NCBI GenBank assembly: GCA_016794035.1 | Contig: JAEUHS010000044.1 | Span: forward strand, 24,169 to 88,168 | Source: Planctomycetota bacterium | GTDB lineage: Bacteria; Planctomycetota; UBA1135; UBA2386 | DNA: 64,000 nucleotides | Direction of reading: 5' to 3' | Part shown: one piece after another, positions 9,969 to 19,280 of the stretch | Layout of the letters: every line of letters begins with the position of its first letter | Position numbering within the stretch: the stretch's first letter is position 1 | Made by a program: the position numbers and the translations under genes | Notes under the pieces: model-generated | Told to the model about the DNA's origin: nothing | The model's input: only the letters and a program-made list of their open reading frames with translations | The model's database searches: none

Positions 9969-10627
9969 GCCGCCGGCCGCCGCCAGCTCTCGAAGCGGTG
10001 CACCATCGCAGCGGTCGCGAACACCGGCGCGATCAGGTTCACGAACGGGACCGTGAGCAGGAAGGTGATGCCGGCGCCGGTCAGGATCAGCTCCGGCTCG
10101 TGCCGCCGACGCAGCGCGCGCGCCGCGGGCAGGTCGAGGCGCCGTTGTGACACGAGGTCGTAGTACTCGCGGCCGAGCAGCAGTCCGTTGACGACGAAGA
10201 AGCCGACCGGGTAGGCGAGCGGGAAGAACCACAGCAGCAGCAGCGCGGCGTTCGCGAGCAGCATCAGCCCGAAGAACTGCAACGCGGCGAGCAGGGCCTG
10301 ATGCCACGGCAGTCCGGTCGCCGGCGGCAGCAGCGGGTAGTGTCGCGCCTCGACGATGCGCGCGACACGATCGAGGAACAGGCCGACGAAGGCGCTGGTC
10401 ACCACCGGGAACAGGAACCACGCGGCGATCAGGGCCGCGAGCACGCCGAGCCAGTCGAGCACCCTCTGCACGGGGCCAGTGTCGACCAGCACCGAGGTCA
10501 GCAACCAGTGCAGCACCCACCACAGGGCGACGAACGTGAGCGCGCTCAGCATCGCACACGCTCCCAGCACGCCGAGGATGCGCCGATCGAACAGGATGCC
10601 CAGCGCGCGAACGAAGGCGTGCACCAT
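9950..10627 (-). CDS. Polytopic membrane protein, CysZ/EI24-like
   Basis: Several hydrophobic helices. The overall pattern resembles the CysZ/EI24 family. Its 3' end overlaps the convergent usp gene by 19 nt. Confidence 0.5.
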   Translation of the reverse strand: MVHAFVRALGILFDRRILGVLGACAMLSALTFVALWWVLHWLLTSVLVDTGPVQRVLDWLGVLAALIAAWFLFPVVTSAFVGLFLDRVARIVEARHYPLLPPATGLPWHQALLAALQFFGLMLLANAALLLLWFFPLAYPVGFFVVNGLLLGREYYDLVSQRRLDLPAARALRRRHEPELILTGAGITFLLTVPFVNLIAPVFATAAMVHRFESWRRPAAQAGGG

Positions 10628-10629
10628 GG

Positions 10630-10773
10630 TCAGCTCGACAGGCGGCGCAGGGCGGCGGAACGCCTGCGCAGGTCGTCGTCGTCGTCGAGCGAGAACGAGC
10701 GGCCGTGGCCGATCTGCTCGCGCAGGAACGTGGCGGTCTCGTCGGCGTCGAGCGGGCGCGCCGCCACGATCAT
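10630..10773 (-). CDS. 47-aa micro-ORF coupled between pepP and the CysZ-like gene (tentative)
   Basis: ATGA overlap with the pepP stop and a stop 2 nt before the next start. GC3 is high. No recognisable motif. Confidence 0.3.
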   Translation of the reverse strand: MIVAARPLDADETATFLREQIGHGRSFSLDDDDDLRRRSAALRRLSS

Positions 10774-12182
10774 GCTCCGCCGCTGCCGACCAGGGCCTCG
10801 ACGGCCACTCGTTCCTTCGGCACCGCTGCGGTCAGCACCTCGGGCCCGGACTTCGTGCACAGCACGTCGTCTTCGATGCGGATGCCGCCGAAACCGCGCA
10901 GCGAGTTCATGGTCAGGAAGTGCTCCGCGCGGGCGAAGTCGACCTGGCCCTTGAACTGCTTCCTGAACGCCGGATCGCGCAGGATCGCCGGCACGAAGTA
11001 GATGCCGGGTTCGATCGTGAAGCACATGCCCGCCTCGAGGTCGAGATCGAGCCGCAGGTAGGCGGTGCCGAACTGCTTGCTGCGCTTCCGGCCCGGTCCG
11101 TAGGCGACGAGGTCGCCGAACGCCTCCATGTCGTGCACGTCGAGGCCGAGCAGGTGGCCCACACCGTGCGGGAAGAACATCGCGTGGGCGCCGCTCTCGA
11201 CCAGCGCATCGGCGTCACCGTGCATCAGGCCCATCTGCACCAGCCCGTCGCTGAGCACGCGCGCGGACAGCAGGTGCAGGTCGCGGTAGCGCACACCCGG
11301 CTTCACGGCGGCGATCGCGGCCTGCTCCGCGGCGAGCACCACGTCGTAGACGTCGCGCGCCTCGGGCGAGAAGCGGCCGCTGACCGGCCAGGCGCGCGTC
11401 ACGTCGGCGCAGTAGCCCGACGCCATCTCGGCGCCCGCGTCGAGCAGCACGACGTCGGTGTCGTGCAGCAGATTCGCGTGCGTGGTGTTGTGCAGCACCT
11501 CGCCGCGCACCGACAGGATCGTGTTGTAGGCCGGCACGCAGCCGTGGCGCACGAACGTGCCTTCGACGTGGCCGACGAGTTCCTGTTCGTAGATGCCGGG
11601 GCGCGTGCGTGCCATCGCGACCGTGTGCGCCTCCCGGGTCACTGCCGCAGCCTGCCGCATCTCGGCGAGTTCGTCCGGTGCGCGGTGGTTGCGCAGCTTC
11701 GCGATCGCCAGCAGGAGATCCTGGTCGCCGACCCGGCTGCTGTCGAAGAAGTCCACCTTGTCGCCGGTGATCGCGCGCGCTTCGGCGGTGGCGCGCTGGT
11801 CGGCGATCGCCAGCGTGCGGACCTTGCGCGTGCCGCACTGCTTCGCGACCAGGCGCTTCAGATCGGCGCGCTTCTCGACCCTGGTGACGCCGAGTGCCCG
11901 CTTGACGTCGGCGAAGCTCGGCACCGGTCCGTGCCACAACGCGTCGGCCTGGGTGCGCTCGTCGAGGAACAGCGTCACCGAACCGTCCTTCGGGTCGAAC
12001 AGCGCGGCCGCGTTCGGCTCGGGCTGGGGGAAGAAGAACAGGAAGGTGCTGTCGGCGCGGAACGGACTCCAGTTCGCTGGGTAGTTCCGGGAGATCCACC
12101 CGCCTGCCATCAGCAGGACGGGCGTGTCGATGGTGGCGAGCAGCTGGCGACGGCGGGCCTTGTGGTGCGTGGAGGACGGCAT
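10770..12182 (-). CDS. pepP: Xaa-Pro aminopeptidase (M24B)
   Basis: M24 metal-ligand blocks DAGAEMASGYCADVTR, FPHGVGHLLGLDVHD, FTIEPGIY and IRIEDDV. Start at ATG 12182. Confidence 0.85.
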   Translation of the reverse strand: MPSSTHHKARRRQLLATIDTPVLLMAGGWISRNYPANWSPFRADSTFLFFFPQPEPNAAALFDPKDGSVTLFLDERTQADALWHGPVPSFADVKRALGVTRVEKRADLKRLVAKQCGTRKVRTLAIADQRATAEARAITGDKVDFFDSSRVGDQDLLLAIAKLRNHRAPDELAEMRQAAAVTREAHTVAMARTRPGIYEQELVGHVEGTFVRHGCVPAYNTILSVRGEVLHNTTHANLLHDTDVVLLDAGAEMASGYCADVTRAWPVSGRFSPEARDVYDVVLAAEQAAIAAVKPGVRYRDLHLLSARVLSDGLVQMGLMHGDADALVESGAHAMFFPHGVGHLLGLDVHDMEAFGDLVAYGPGRKRSKQFGTAYLRLDLDLEAGMCFTIEPGIYFVPAILRDPAFRKQFKGQVDFARAEHFLTMNSLRGFGGIRIEDDVLCTKSGPEVLTAAVPKERVAVEALVGSGGA

Positions 12183-12314
12183 GAGGTGCGCCAGAGTAGG
12201 CGAGCTGCGGCCTCCGTGCATGCGCCGAGTGGCCCGGACCGGGCCAGGGCCGCGAACAGGAAGTAACCTCCGCACCCGGCCGTCCACGCGCGCCTACTGT
12301 TCCGGGGAACCGCC

Positions 12315-15236
12315 ATGCCCACGAAGTCGCTCGTCGTGATCCTGTTGCTCGTCGCCGTCGCAGCTGCGGCGTGGTTCGTGTTCCGCGCCGGTTTCGCGCC
12401 CGACGTGCCGGTGGCCCCGCCGGCGGCGGCGCCGGCGGTCGCGCCGGCGCCGGCGGAACGCAGCGCCGAGCGCGCCGCGGGCGAACGTCCGGCGGTCGCG
12501 GCGCCGGTGCAGCGCACGGTCGTGCCGGCGCCGGTGGCGGCGGCGGCATCCGACGCAGCGGCGACCTATCGCGTGCGCGGGCGGCTGGTCGACGTGCAGG
12601 GCGCGCCGCGCGCATCGGTCGAGGTGACGGCCTCGACCTGGCCGGTCGGCGACGACCTCGAGATCCTGCGGTCGGCCGCGGCCGGAGCTGGCGCGCCGCC
12701 CGCGCCCAGGTCGACCACGAACCGGGCGGGGGAGTTCGTGCTCGACATCCCGACCGGACGAGCGGGCAGCCTCGAACTGCACGACGACGAGCTGGTGTTC
12801 GTGGCGGACGCGCCGCAGTTCCCCAGCGGCAACGGTGATCAGGACCTCGGTGACGTGGTCGCGGTACGCAGCGGCGCGCTGCAGGGCGTCGTGCAGGACG
12901 AGAACGGCCGACCGGTCGCCGACGTCAAGGTGGAGGCGGCGTTCGGCGTGTTCGCGTTCGGCACGCGCAGCGAGGCGACGACCGGCGCCGACGGCACGTT
13001 CGCGGTCGGCAAGCTGCGGCCGGGCAAGTGGCAGGTCCGCACGGTGTCCAGCCGGTTCATGCCGACGACGCTCGAGGTCCTGTTGGCCGCCGAAGAGCGG
13101 CGTGTCGACCTGGTGCTGGTCGTGCGACCCGGCCGCGCGATCGCCGGCCAGGTCGTCGACGAGCGCGGGGTCGGGGTCGCTGGCTGCAGGGTCGGCAGCC
13201 AGCGCGTCGAGGTGCGCGGCGCGATGAACATCCAGCGCTTCTCGAGCGACGAGGCGACCACGAGCGACGCGGCGGGCTTCTTCACGCTGGCGGGATTGCG
13301 CGAGGGGACGGCGACGATCCGCGCGTTCGGCCCCGGCCACACGACGGCGATGGCCACCGACGTCGCGGTCGGCACCGGCGATCTCGTGCTGCGCGTGCAG
13401 CGGCTCGCCGCGATCGAGGGCGTGCTGGTCGCCGCGGACGGGAGCCCGATCGCCGGTTCGCTGGTCACGATCGAACCGGCGGCGCGGGCCGCGCCCCGCT
13501 TCGAGCGGCCCGACGAGATGCCGTCGGTGGGGCGCCGCAGTTCGGCGACGACCGGCAGGGACGGGACCTTCCGCGTCGAGTCGGTGACGCCGGGCATCGT
13601 GCACGTGAGCGCGCGCGGCGCGGGCCATCTGCCGGCCGAACGCGCCGACCTGGAGCTGCTGCCGGGCCAGACCCTGCGCGGCGTGCGGCTGATCGCCGAC
13701 GCCGGGGCGACCGCGCGCGTCACGGTTGTCGACGCCGACGGCAAGCCGGTCGCCGATGCCCGGGTGCGCGTCACGCGCGAGCCGGCGGAGGGGGAGCTCG
13801 ACGGACGGATGCTCACGCAGGCCGTCGAGGTCGACGGTGACGTGCCGGATTTCGTCCTCGAAGGCACCGACCGCCTCGGTACGGCGACCACCGATCGCAG
13901 CGGCATCGCCCTGGTCAGCGGACTGCCGGCGGGCCCCGCCCGGTTCGTGGCCGAGCATGCGTCGTTCGCAGCGGCGCCGCCGGCCACGGTGTCGCTGCCG
14001 CGCGTCGGCTCGACCGAAGTGCGACTGCAGCTGCAGGTGCCGGGATTCGTCGAGGTGCACGCGGTCGGCGTCGATGGTGCCGATGCCGAAGGTGCACCGC
14101 TCCGGATCGCGGCCGCCGGGCCGCGCGGGCGCCGTGCGGACGAGACCGCGGTCACGGGTGATGAAGGGCGCGTCCGGGTCGGCCCGCTCGCACCGGGCGA
14201 GTACACCGCCGTCCTGACGCGCAAGAGCGACCCGCAACGCGTCGGCGACGCAGTCTTCGTGTTCGGTGACGAGCACGACGCGCTGGCTGCGTCGCGCCAG
14301 AGTTTCGTGGTCGTCGCCGGCGAGACCACGCAGGTCGAACTGCGGCGGCCGTTGCTGACGCGGCTGCAGGGCGCCGTGCTCGGCGCCGACGGTCCGATGC
14401 CCGACTGCGCGATCCAGCTGGCACGGCGCGACGAGGGTTCGTTCGCGATCCCCGGTTTCGGCGGTCGCAGCGCCAGGACGGGCCCCGACGGGACGTTCGA
14501 GTTCGCGGACGTGGAGGCCGGCGCCTACACGCTGCGCTTCGGCAAGGAGCAGCAGCTGGTCAAGGCCTGTCACGACGTCGACGTGCCGCCGAACGTCGCC
14601 GAGCTGCGCCAGGACCTCCTGCTGCGCACCGGTCGCGTGTCGGTGCGGGTGCACGAGGCCGGCTCCGGCACGCCGATCGAGGGTGCCGAGGTCGAACTCG
14701 AACGCGCGGAATCGGCCGGCCCGCAGCGGCAGGAGCGCATCCTGTTCGCCGTGACCACGGGCGGCGAAGACGAGGAGTCGATGCTGATGACGACGGGTGT
14801 ACAGCGCACGCACACCGATGCCCAGGGTCTGGCCGAGGTCGACGACGTGCCGGTCGGAACCTACACCCTGCGGGTGCACCACAAGGGCCACACCGGTGGC
14901 GAGAAGCAGCAGCAGCTCGTCGTCGAGCGGCAGACGACCGACTGCGGGCGTCTCGAGCTGTCGGCCGCCGGCAGCATCCGTGGCACGCTCGCCGAGGCGG
15001 ATGGCGGCGCCGCGACGTTGGCGCTGGTGCAGCAGCGCCGCATCGGCACCGACGCGTGGTCGGAGCCCGAGCCGGCGATGGGTGGATCGTATCGACTCGA
15101 CGCATTGCCGCCGGGTCGCTACGCGGTGCGCGCCCAGCGACCCGGCAGCGGGGCCGTTCGTACCGGCCCCGAGGTCGAAGTCGAAGTGAAGGCCGGCGCG
15201 ATCTCGACGGCCGATCTGCGGCTGCCGGGGCGGTGA
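12315..15236 (+). CDS. Membrane-anchored 973-aa protein built from repeated carboxypeptidase-regulatory-like (CarboxypepD_reg) beta-sandwich modules
   Basis: N-terminal TM helix (LVVILLLVAVAAAAWFVF). Repeats recur of the form G-V-V-x-D-x-x-G-x-P-V-A-x-A-x-V (for example GVVQDENGRPVADVKV, GQVVDERGVGVAGCRV, VTVVDADGKPVADARV). Confidence 0.7.
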   Translation: MPTKSLVVILLLVAVAAAAWFVFRAGFAPDVPVAPPAAAPAVAPAPAERSAERAAGERPAVAAPVQRTVVPAPVAAAASDAAATYRVRGRLVDVQGAPRASVEVTASTWPVGDDLEILRSAAAGAGAPPAPRSTTNRAGEFVLDIPTGRAGSLELHDDELVFVADAPQFPSGNGDQDLGDVVAVRSGALQGVVQDENGRPVADVKVEAAFGVFAFGTRSEATTGADGTFAVGKLRPGKWQVRTVSSRFMPTTLEVLLAAEERRVDLVLVVRPGRAIAGQVVDERGVGVAGCRVGSQRVEVRGAMNIQRFSSDEATTSDAAGFFTLAGLREGTATIRAFGPGHTTAMATDVAVGTGDLVLRVQRLAAIEGVLVAADGSPIAGSLVTIEPAARAAPRFERPDEMPSVGRRSSATTGRDGTFRVESVTPGIVHVSARGAGHLPAERADLELLPGQTLRGVRLIADAGATARVTVVDADGKPVADARVRVTREPAEGELDGRMLTQAVEVDGDVPDFVLEGTDRLGTATTDRSGIALVSGLPAGPARFVAEHASFAAAPPATVSLPRVGSTEVRLQLQVPGFVEVHAVGVDGADAEGAPLRIAAAGPRGRRADETAVTGDEGRVRVGPLAPGEYTAVLTRKSDPQRVGDAVFVFGDEHDALAASRQSFVVVAGETTQVELRRPLLTRLQGAVLGADGPMPDCAIQLARRDEGSFAIPGFGGRSARTGPDGTFEFADVEAGAYTLRFGKEQQLVKACHDVDVPPNVAELRQDLLLRTGRVSVRVHEAGSGTPIEGAEVELERAESAGPQRQERILFAVTTGGEDEESMLMTTGVQRTHTDAQGLAEVDDVPVGTYTLRVHHKGHTGGEKQQQLVVERQTTDCGRLELSAAGSIRGTLAEADGGAATLALVQQRRIGTDAWSEPEPAMGGSYRLDALPPGRYAVRAQRPGSGAVRTGPEVEVEVKAGAISTADLRLPGR

Positions 15237-15237
15237 G

Positions 15238-16626
15238 TCAGTGCCCGCGGCGCCGCGTCCGGGCGGCGGCGATCGCGCGGGCGCGTTCCTGGTGCAGCGC
15301 GGCGCGGAAGGCGTCGAGGTCGTCGGGATGCCGCTGTCGCAGCGCGCCGGCATCGACGCCGCTGCAGACCTCGCGCAGCCACTTCAGATCGTCGGCGACC
15401 CGCTGCTCGGTCTCGGCACCCTGGTGTTCGTGGCCGAGGCGTCCGGCGGTGTCGGCCGCGACGGCCATCGCGAACAGCTCGACCGGATAGTCCTTGGCGC
15501 GGAAGAAGTCGTCATGGAGATCGGCCAACGTGCCGGGCCGCAGTTCGTCGAAGTGCCGCACCTCGACGTGCAGCGCGCAGACGTCGCGCGCCAGGGTTCG
15601 CGAGCGGGGATCCGCGAGTCCGGGCCAGCGATCCAGCAGACTGTCGACGTAGGGCACGCCATCACGTTCGTGGCCGTGGTGGCTCGGCAGGTGCGACGCT
15701 CGCGTGTAGCCCTTGCCCAGGTCGTGGCACAGAACGGCCAGCAGCACCGCCATGCGGTCGCGTTCGTCGAGTTCGGCGATGCGCTGCACGGCCCACTCGA
15801 GGGCGAGCACCAGGTGCAGCGCCTGCGACACTTCGGGATGCCAGCGCTGGGGGCCCGCAGGGCGGCCGTCGAACTGCCGCGCCAGCTCGGGCGCGATCGT
15901 CGCCAGCACGCCGTCCTCGTGCAGTTCGAGCAGGCATCGACCAGGGGAGGCGCACTTCGCCAGCACCGCGCGCAGTTCGAGGGCGACCGCCTCGGGCGGC
16001 ACCGTCAGCAGCACGTCCGGCGTCAGCTCGAGCGACCGGACCGCGCGATCGAGAGCGAAGCCGAGCTCGTGCGCCTTGCGGTAGTAGCGCAGCCAGCGGA
16101 TCGGATGCTCACGCACGCGCTGGTCGGCATCGCCGACGGGCACGATGCGGCGCTGGCGCCAGTGTTCGAGGCCGCCATGGGGATCGTGCAGCCGTTGGGT
16201 CGCCAACTCGAACGCGAGTGCCCCGATCGTCATGTCGCGCTCGCCGAGATCGGCGGCGATGCGCTCGGCGGTCGACTGGCCCGGTTCACCGCCGCGCAGC
16301 GTGGTGATCTCGATGCGGCGGCCGGCGATCTTCATCGCCAGGGTGCCGCGGGCCCGATTGCCCTCGGTGGTGGCCACGAACACGTCACGGTCCTGCAGCA
16401 GCGACGTGCCGGGATCGACGTCGAGCCGCCACGACAGGTCGACGTCGACGGGTTGCGGCCCCGGTTCACCCTTGCTGCGGCAGGCCAGGGCCAGCGCCTG
16501 CGAGCCGACGAGACAGGTGCCGAGGTCGGGTGCGAACAGCCACTCCGCCTCAGCATGCAGCCACGCGATCGTGCTGCTGCCCGCGGCCCCGGCGCGGCTC
16601 AACGCAGTGGGTTCTTCTGCAGCCAT
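15238..16626 (-). CDS. cca: tRNA nucleotidyltransferase (CCA-adding enzyme) with HD domain
   Basis: PolyA-pol head-domain blocks (DRDMTIGALAF, ERVREHPIRWLRYYRK) and the HD motif LCHDLGK. The start at ATG 16626 is uncertain and overlaps the upstream gene by 28 nt. Confidence 0.75.
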   Translation of the reverse strand: MAAEEPTALSRAGAAGSSTIAWLHAEAEWLFAPDLGTCLVGSQALALACRSKGEPGPQPVDVDLSWRLDVDPGTSLLQDRDVFVATTEGNRARGTLAMKIAGRRIEITTLRGGEPGQSTAERIAADLGERDMTIGALAFELATQRLHDPHGGLEHWRQRRIVPVGDADQRVREHPIRWLRYYRKAHELGFALDRAVRSLELTPDVLLTVPPEAVALELRAVLAKCASPGRCLLELHEDGVLATIAPELARQFDGRPAGPQRWHPEVSQALHLVLALEWAVQRIAELDERDRMAVLLAVLCHDLGKGYTRASHLPSHHGHERDGVPYVDSLLDRWPGLADPRSRTLARDVCALHVEVRHFDELRPGTLADLHDDFFRAKDYPVELFAMAVAADTAGRLGHEHQGAETEQRVADDLKWLREVCSGVDAGALRQRHPDDLDAFRAALHQERARAIAAARTRRRGH

Positions 16627-17351
16627 GCCCGCGCCTCGTTCGTGGTGCTGAAACGCTGACCGGTGATCGCGAACAGGGCGTCCTTGACCTTGCTCTTCCA
16701 CACCGACCAGGCCTTCCAGCGGGCCTCCCAATACTCCTTCGGCGGATTGTCGGCGTCGTGCACGTTCTCCGGTGTGGGCTCGTCGAGGTTGCGCAGCAGC
16801 AGCTCGATCGCCTGCTTCTCCTTGTGCGCCGTGATCAGCTCCAGCAATGCCTCCTGCAGCGGCACTCGTTCCGGCTGGTAGTCGGCCTCGAACAACCCGT
16901 CGATCTCCCGCCACGACTTCGGGTCGTAGCCGCAGAGCGACATCCCGCGCACGAGCTCGGCGAGCACGCCGGGCTGGGGCCTCACCCTCGGGCTCTTCAG
17001 CAGCGCGCGGATCGTCGCCATCGCGTCGTCCTTCGGCTGGTCCCGCAACAGCACCGCGGCGCGCTTCCGGATCACGAGCGACTTGTCCTTCTCGACGAGG
17101 TTCGCGAGCGGTTTCAGCAGCCGCGTGTGCGAACTACCGTCGATGCGGTCGAGGGCGCGGCTCTTGTCCGCCAGCGATGCGCTGCCGCCGACCGCCTTCT
17201 CGAGTTCGGCCGCGACCTCCTTCGCCGCCTTGTCGTCCAGGACTTCGACGACGCGCGGTGCTGCTGCCGGCGCGGGCCTGGCGTCCGCGGGCGCCGGCAC
17301 CGGCGCGGGATCCTGCCAGCAGAGCAGGCTCGTCAGCATGCAGGCCAACAT
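16599..17351 (-). CDS. Secreted/lipoprotein-like helical-repeat (HEAT-like) protein
   Basis: Short hydrophobic N-terminus (MLACMLTSLLC). Alpha-helical repeat character. No catalytic motif. Confidence 0.5.
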   Translation of the reverse strand: MLACMLTSLLCWQDPAPVPAPADARPAPAAAPRVVEVLDDKAAKEVAAELEKAVGGSASLADKSRALDRIDGSSHTRLLKPLANLVEKDKSLVIRKRAAVLLRDQPKDDAMATIRALLKSPRVRPQPGVLAELVRGMSLCGYDPKSWREIDGLFEADYQPERVPLQEALLELITAHKEKQAIELLLRNLDEPTPENVHDADNPPKEYWEARWKAWSVWKSKVKDALFAITGQRFSTTNEARAWLQKNPLR

Positions 17352-17387
17352 GGGGCTCCGATGATAGCGGGGTGCCCGCGCCGAGGC

Positions 17388-18359
17388 TCAGGTGCCTTGC
17401 GATCGCAGCACCTCCCGCGCGAGGAAGCCGAAGTACGCGATCAGGAACACGAATCCGACCGGCCGCGGCACGCCGCGCCAGATGCGCAGCACGGCAACCA
17501 GCGCGACGGCCGACAACACGGTTGCGACGATCAGCGGGCTCAGCGCCACGGTGTCGACCGGGAACGGGCGGATCAGGGCGGCGATGCCGAGCACGGCGCC
17601 GACGTTGAAGATGTTGCTGCCGACGACGTTGCCGATCGCGATGCCGGGTTGCTTGCGGAGGGCGGCGACGGTCGAGGTCGCCAGCTCGGGCAGGCTGGTG
17701 CCGACCGCGACGACCGTCATGCCGACCACCGCCTGGCTGAGGCCCAGCGAAGTGGCCACCGCCACGGCGCCGTCCACCAGCCAGTCGGAGCCGTAGGCGA
17801 GCAGGAGGAGGCCGAGTCCGAGCAGCAGCAGGTGCAGCGCCCAGCCGGCGACGGTGGTCCGGTGGGTGAGTGCCTCGCCGGTTGGCGGTGCGTGTTCGCG
17901 TTCGCGGCGCAGCAAGAGGCCGCAGAACAGCACCAGCATCACGACCATCGTGCCCGCGATCGGCCGGCTCATCTCGGCGCCGAAGACGAACGGCAGGCAC
18001 GCGAGTGCGGTCGCCAGCAGCAGGAACACCAACTCGAACCAGCGCACCTGCAGGCGGATGGCGCAGAGCGCGGCCGCGGAGCCGACGATCAGCAGGACGT
18101 TGGCGACGTTGCTGCCGATCACGTTCGCCATCGCGATCTCGCTGCTGCCCTTCTGGGCGGCCGTCAGGCTGACCATCAGCTCGGGCATCGACGTGCCCAT
18201 CGCCACGAGGGTCAGTCCGACCGACATGTGGCTCATGCCGACCGACAGCGCGATCCACACGGCGCCGCGCACCAGCAGGTCGGCGCCGACGACGAGCGCG
18301 ACGAGGCCGGCGAGGATGGCGAGCAACGGGTAGTCGGGTGCCCAATGCGGCATCGGCAC
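17388..18359 (-). CDS. Ca2+/cation antiporter (CaCA, YrbG-like)
   Basis: Two alpha-repeat motifs, GTSMPELMVS and GTSLPELATS, followed by GNVIGSN / GNVVGSN. Confidence 0.85.
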   Translation of the reverse strand: MPMPHWAPDYPLLAILAGLVALVVGADLLVRGAVWIALSVGMSHMSVGLTLVAMGTSMPELMVSLTAAQKGSSEIAMANVIGSNVANVLLIVGSAAALCAIRLQVRWFELVFLLLATALACLPFVFGAEMSRPIAGTMVVMLVLFCGLLLRREREHAPPTGEALTHRTTVAGWALHLLLLGLGLLLLAYGSDWLVDGAVAVATSLGLSQAVVGMTVVAVGTSLPELATSTVAALRKQPGIAIGNVVGSNIFNVGAVLGIAALIRPFPVDTVALSPLIVATVLSAVALVAVLRIWRGVPRPVGFVFLIAYFGFLAREVLRSQGT

Positions 18360-18436
18360 ATCCTAGGCCGATCGGTGTCGTGTTCTGCAACGAAGTCGGC
18401 TCCAGCCGACCGATACCAATGGCCGATCGGTGACGC

Positions 18437-19156
18437 ATGCACCGATCTTCGTTCGCGGTTCTCCTGCTCGCGTTGTGCAGCGGCTGTCTCGAGATGGAGC
18501 AGACCGTCACGCTGGCCGCGGACGGCAGCGGGCGCCAGGCGATCGTGCTGACCATCGCAGATGCGACGCTCGCGGAGATCCAGAAGGTCAGTCCGGCCGC
18601 ACAACTCGGTGGTGTGGCCAATGCCGCCGCCGTCTTCGACGACGAGCTGGTCGGCGGCGAGCTGCGTCAGGCCGGCCTCGAGCTCGTGCGCCATGCGACC
18701 CGACAGACGCCCGGGCGTCGCACGGTCGACCTGGAGGCGTCGTTCCCGGACTTCGCCGCGCTGCAGCGCAGCCCCCTGTGCGGGACCGGCGCGCAGTGGG
18801 TGCTCGCCGCCGGTCCCCGGCCCGGCACCGCGAAGCTGACGCTCTATCCGCAAGGCAAGTCGGCGTGGACCGAGGCCCGGGCCAAGGCGGAGAAGATGGA
18901 CGCCTCGACCGACCCGGTGGCCGCGGACTTCTTCCGCAAGCGGCAGCAGTCCCTGGCGGGGCTCGACGTCGCCATCCGGCTGCGGCTGCCCGGTGACGTG
19001 CTGGTCTGGACGCGCAACCTCGACAAGACCGGCGACCGCGAGGTCACCGCGCGCATCACCGCCGACAAGCTGCGCACGCCCGAGGACCTCGTGCGATGGC
19101 TCGCACCCAGGTTCGAGGTCATCTTCGATGCCAAGGACTGCAAGCTGCCGCTGTAG
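18437..19156 (+). CDS. Lipoprotein of unknown function
   Basis: Lipobox LLLALCSGC directly after the N-terminus. GC3 is high. Confidence 0.6.
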   Translation: MHRSSFAVLLLALCSGCLEMEQTVTLAADGSGRQAIVLTIADATLAEIQKVSPAAQLGGVANAAAVFDDELVGGELRQAGLELVRHATRQTPGRRTVDLEASFPDFAALQRSPLCGTGAQWVLAAGPRPGTAKLTLYPQGKSAWTEARAKAEKMDASTDPVAADFFRKRQQSLAGLDVAIRLRLPGDVLVWTRNLDKTGDREVTARITADKLRTPEDLVRWLAPRFEVIFDAKDCKLPL

Positions 19157-19280
19157 GACCGTGTCGTTCCGCTGACGGAACAGCCGGAAGGATCGGCTCG
19201 GAACCAGGGCGGGGTCGAAGGCGTTGGTGCTCGGTTCGGCACGCTGCGTGCACTCGCGCGGCGTCCCCTCGAGGTCCGTC

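Noticed and set aside
12294-15353. 1019-aa minus-strand ORF
   Set aside because: It is antisense to 12315..15236. The translation is dominated by R, G, A and D runs (for example RRRRDRRRRRRRGHRH). The plus-strand product instead has a TM anchor and regular domain repeats.
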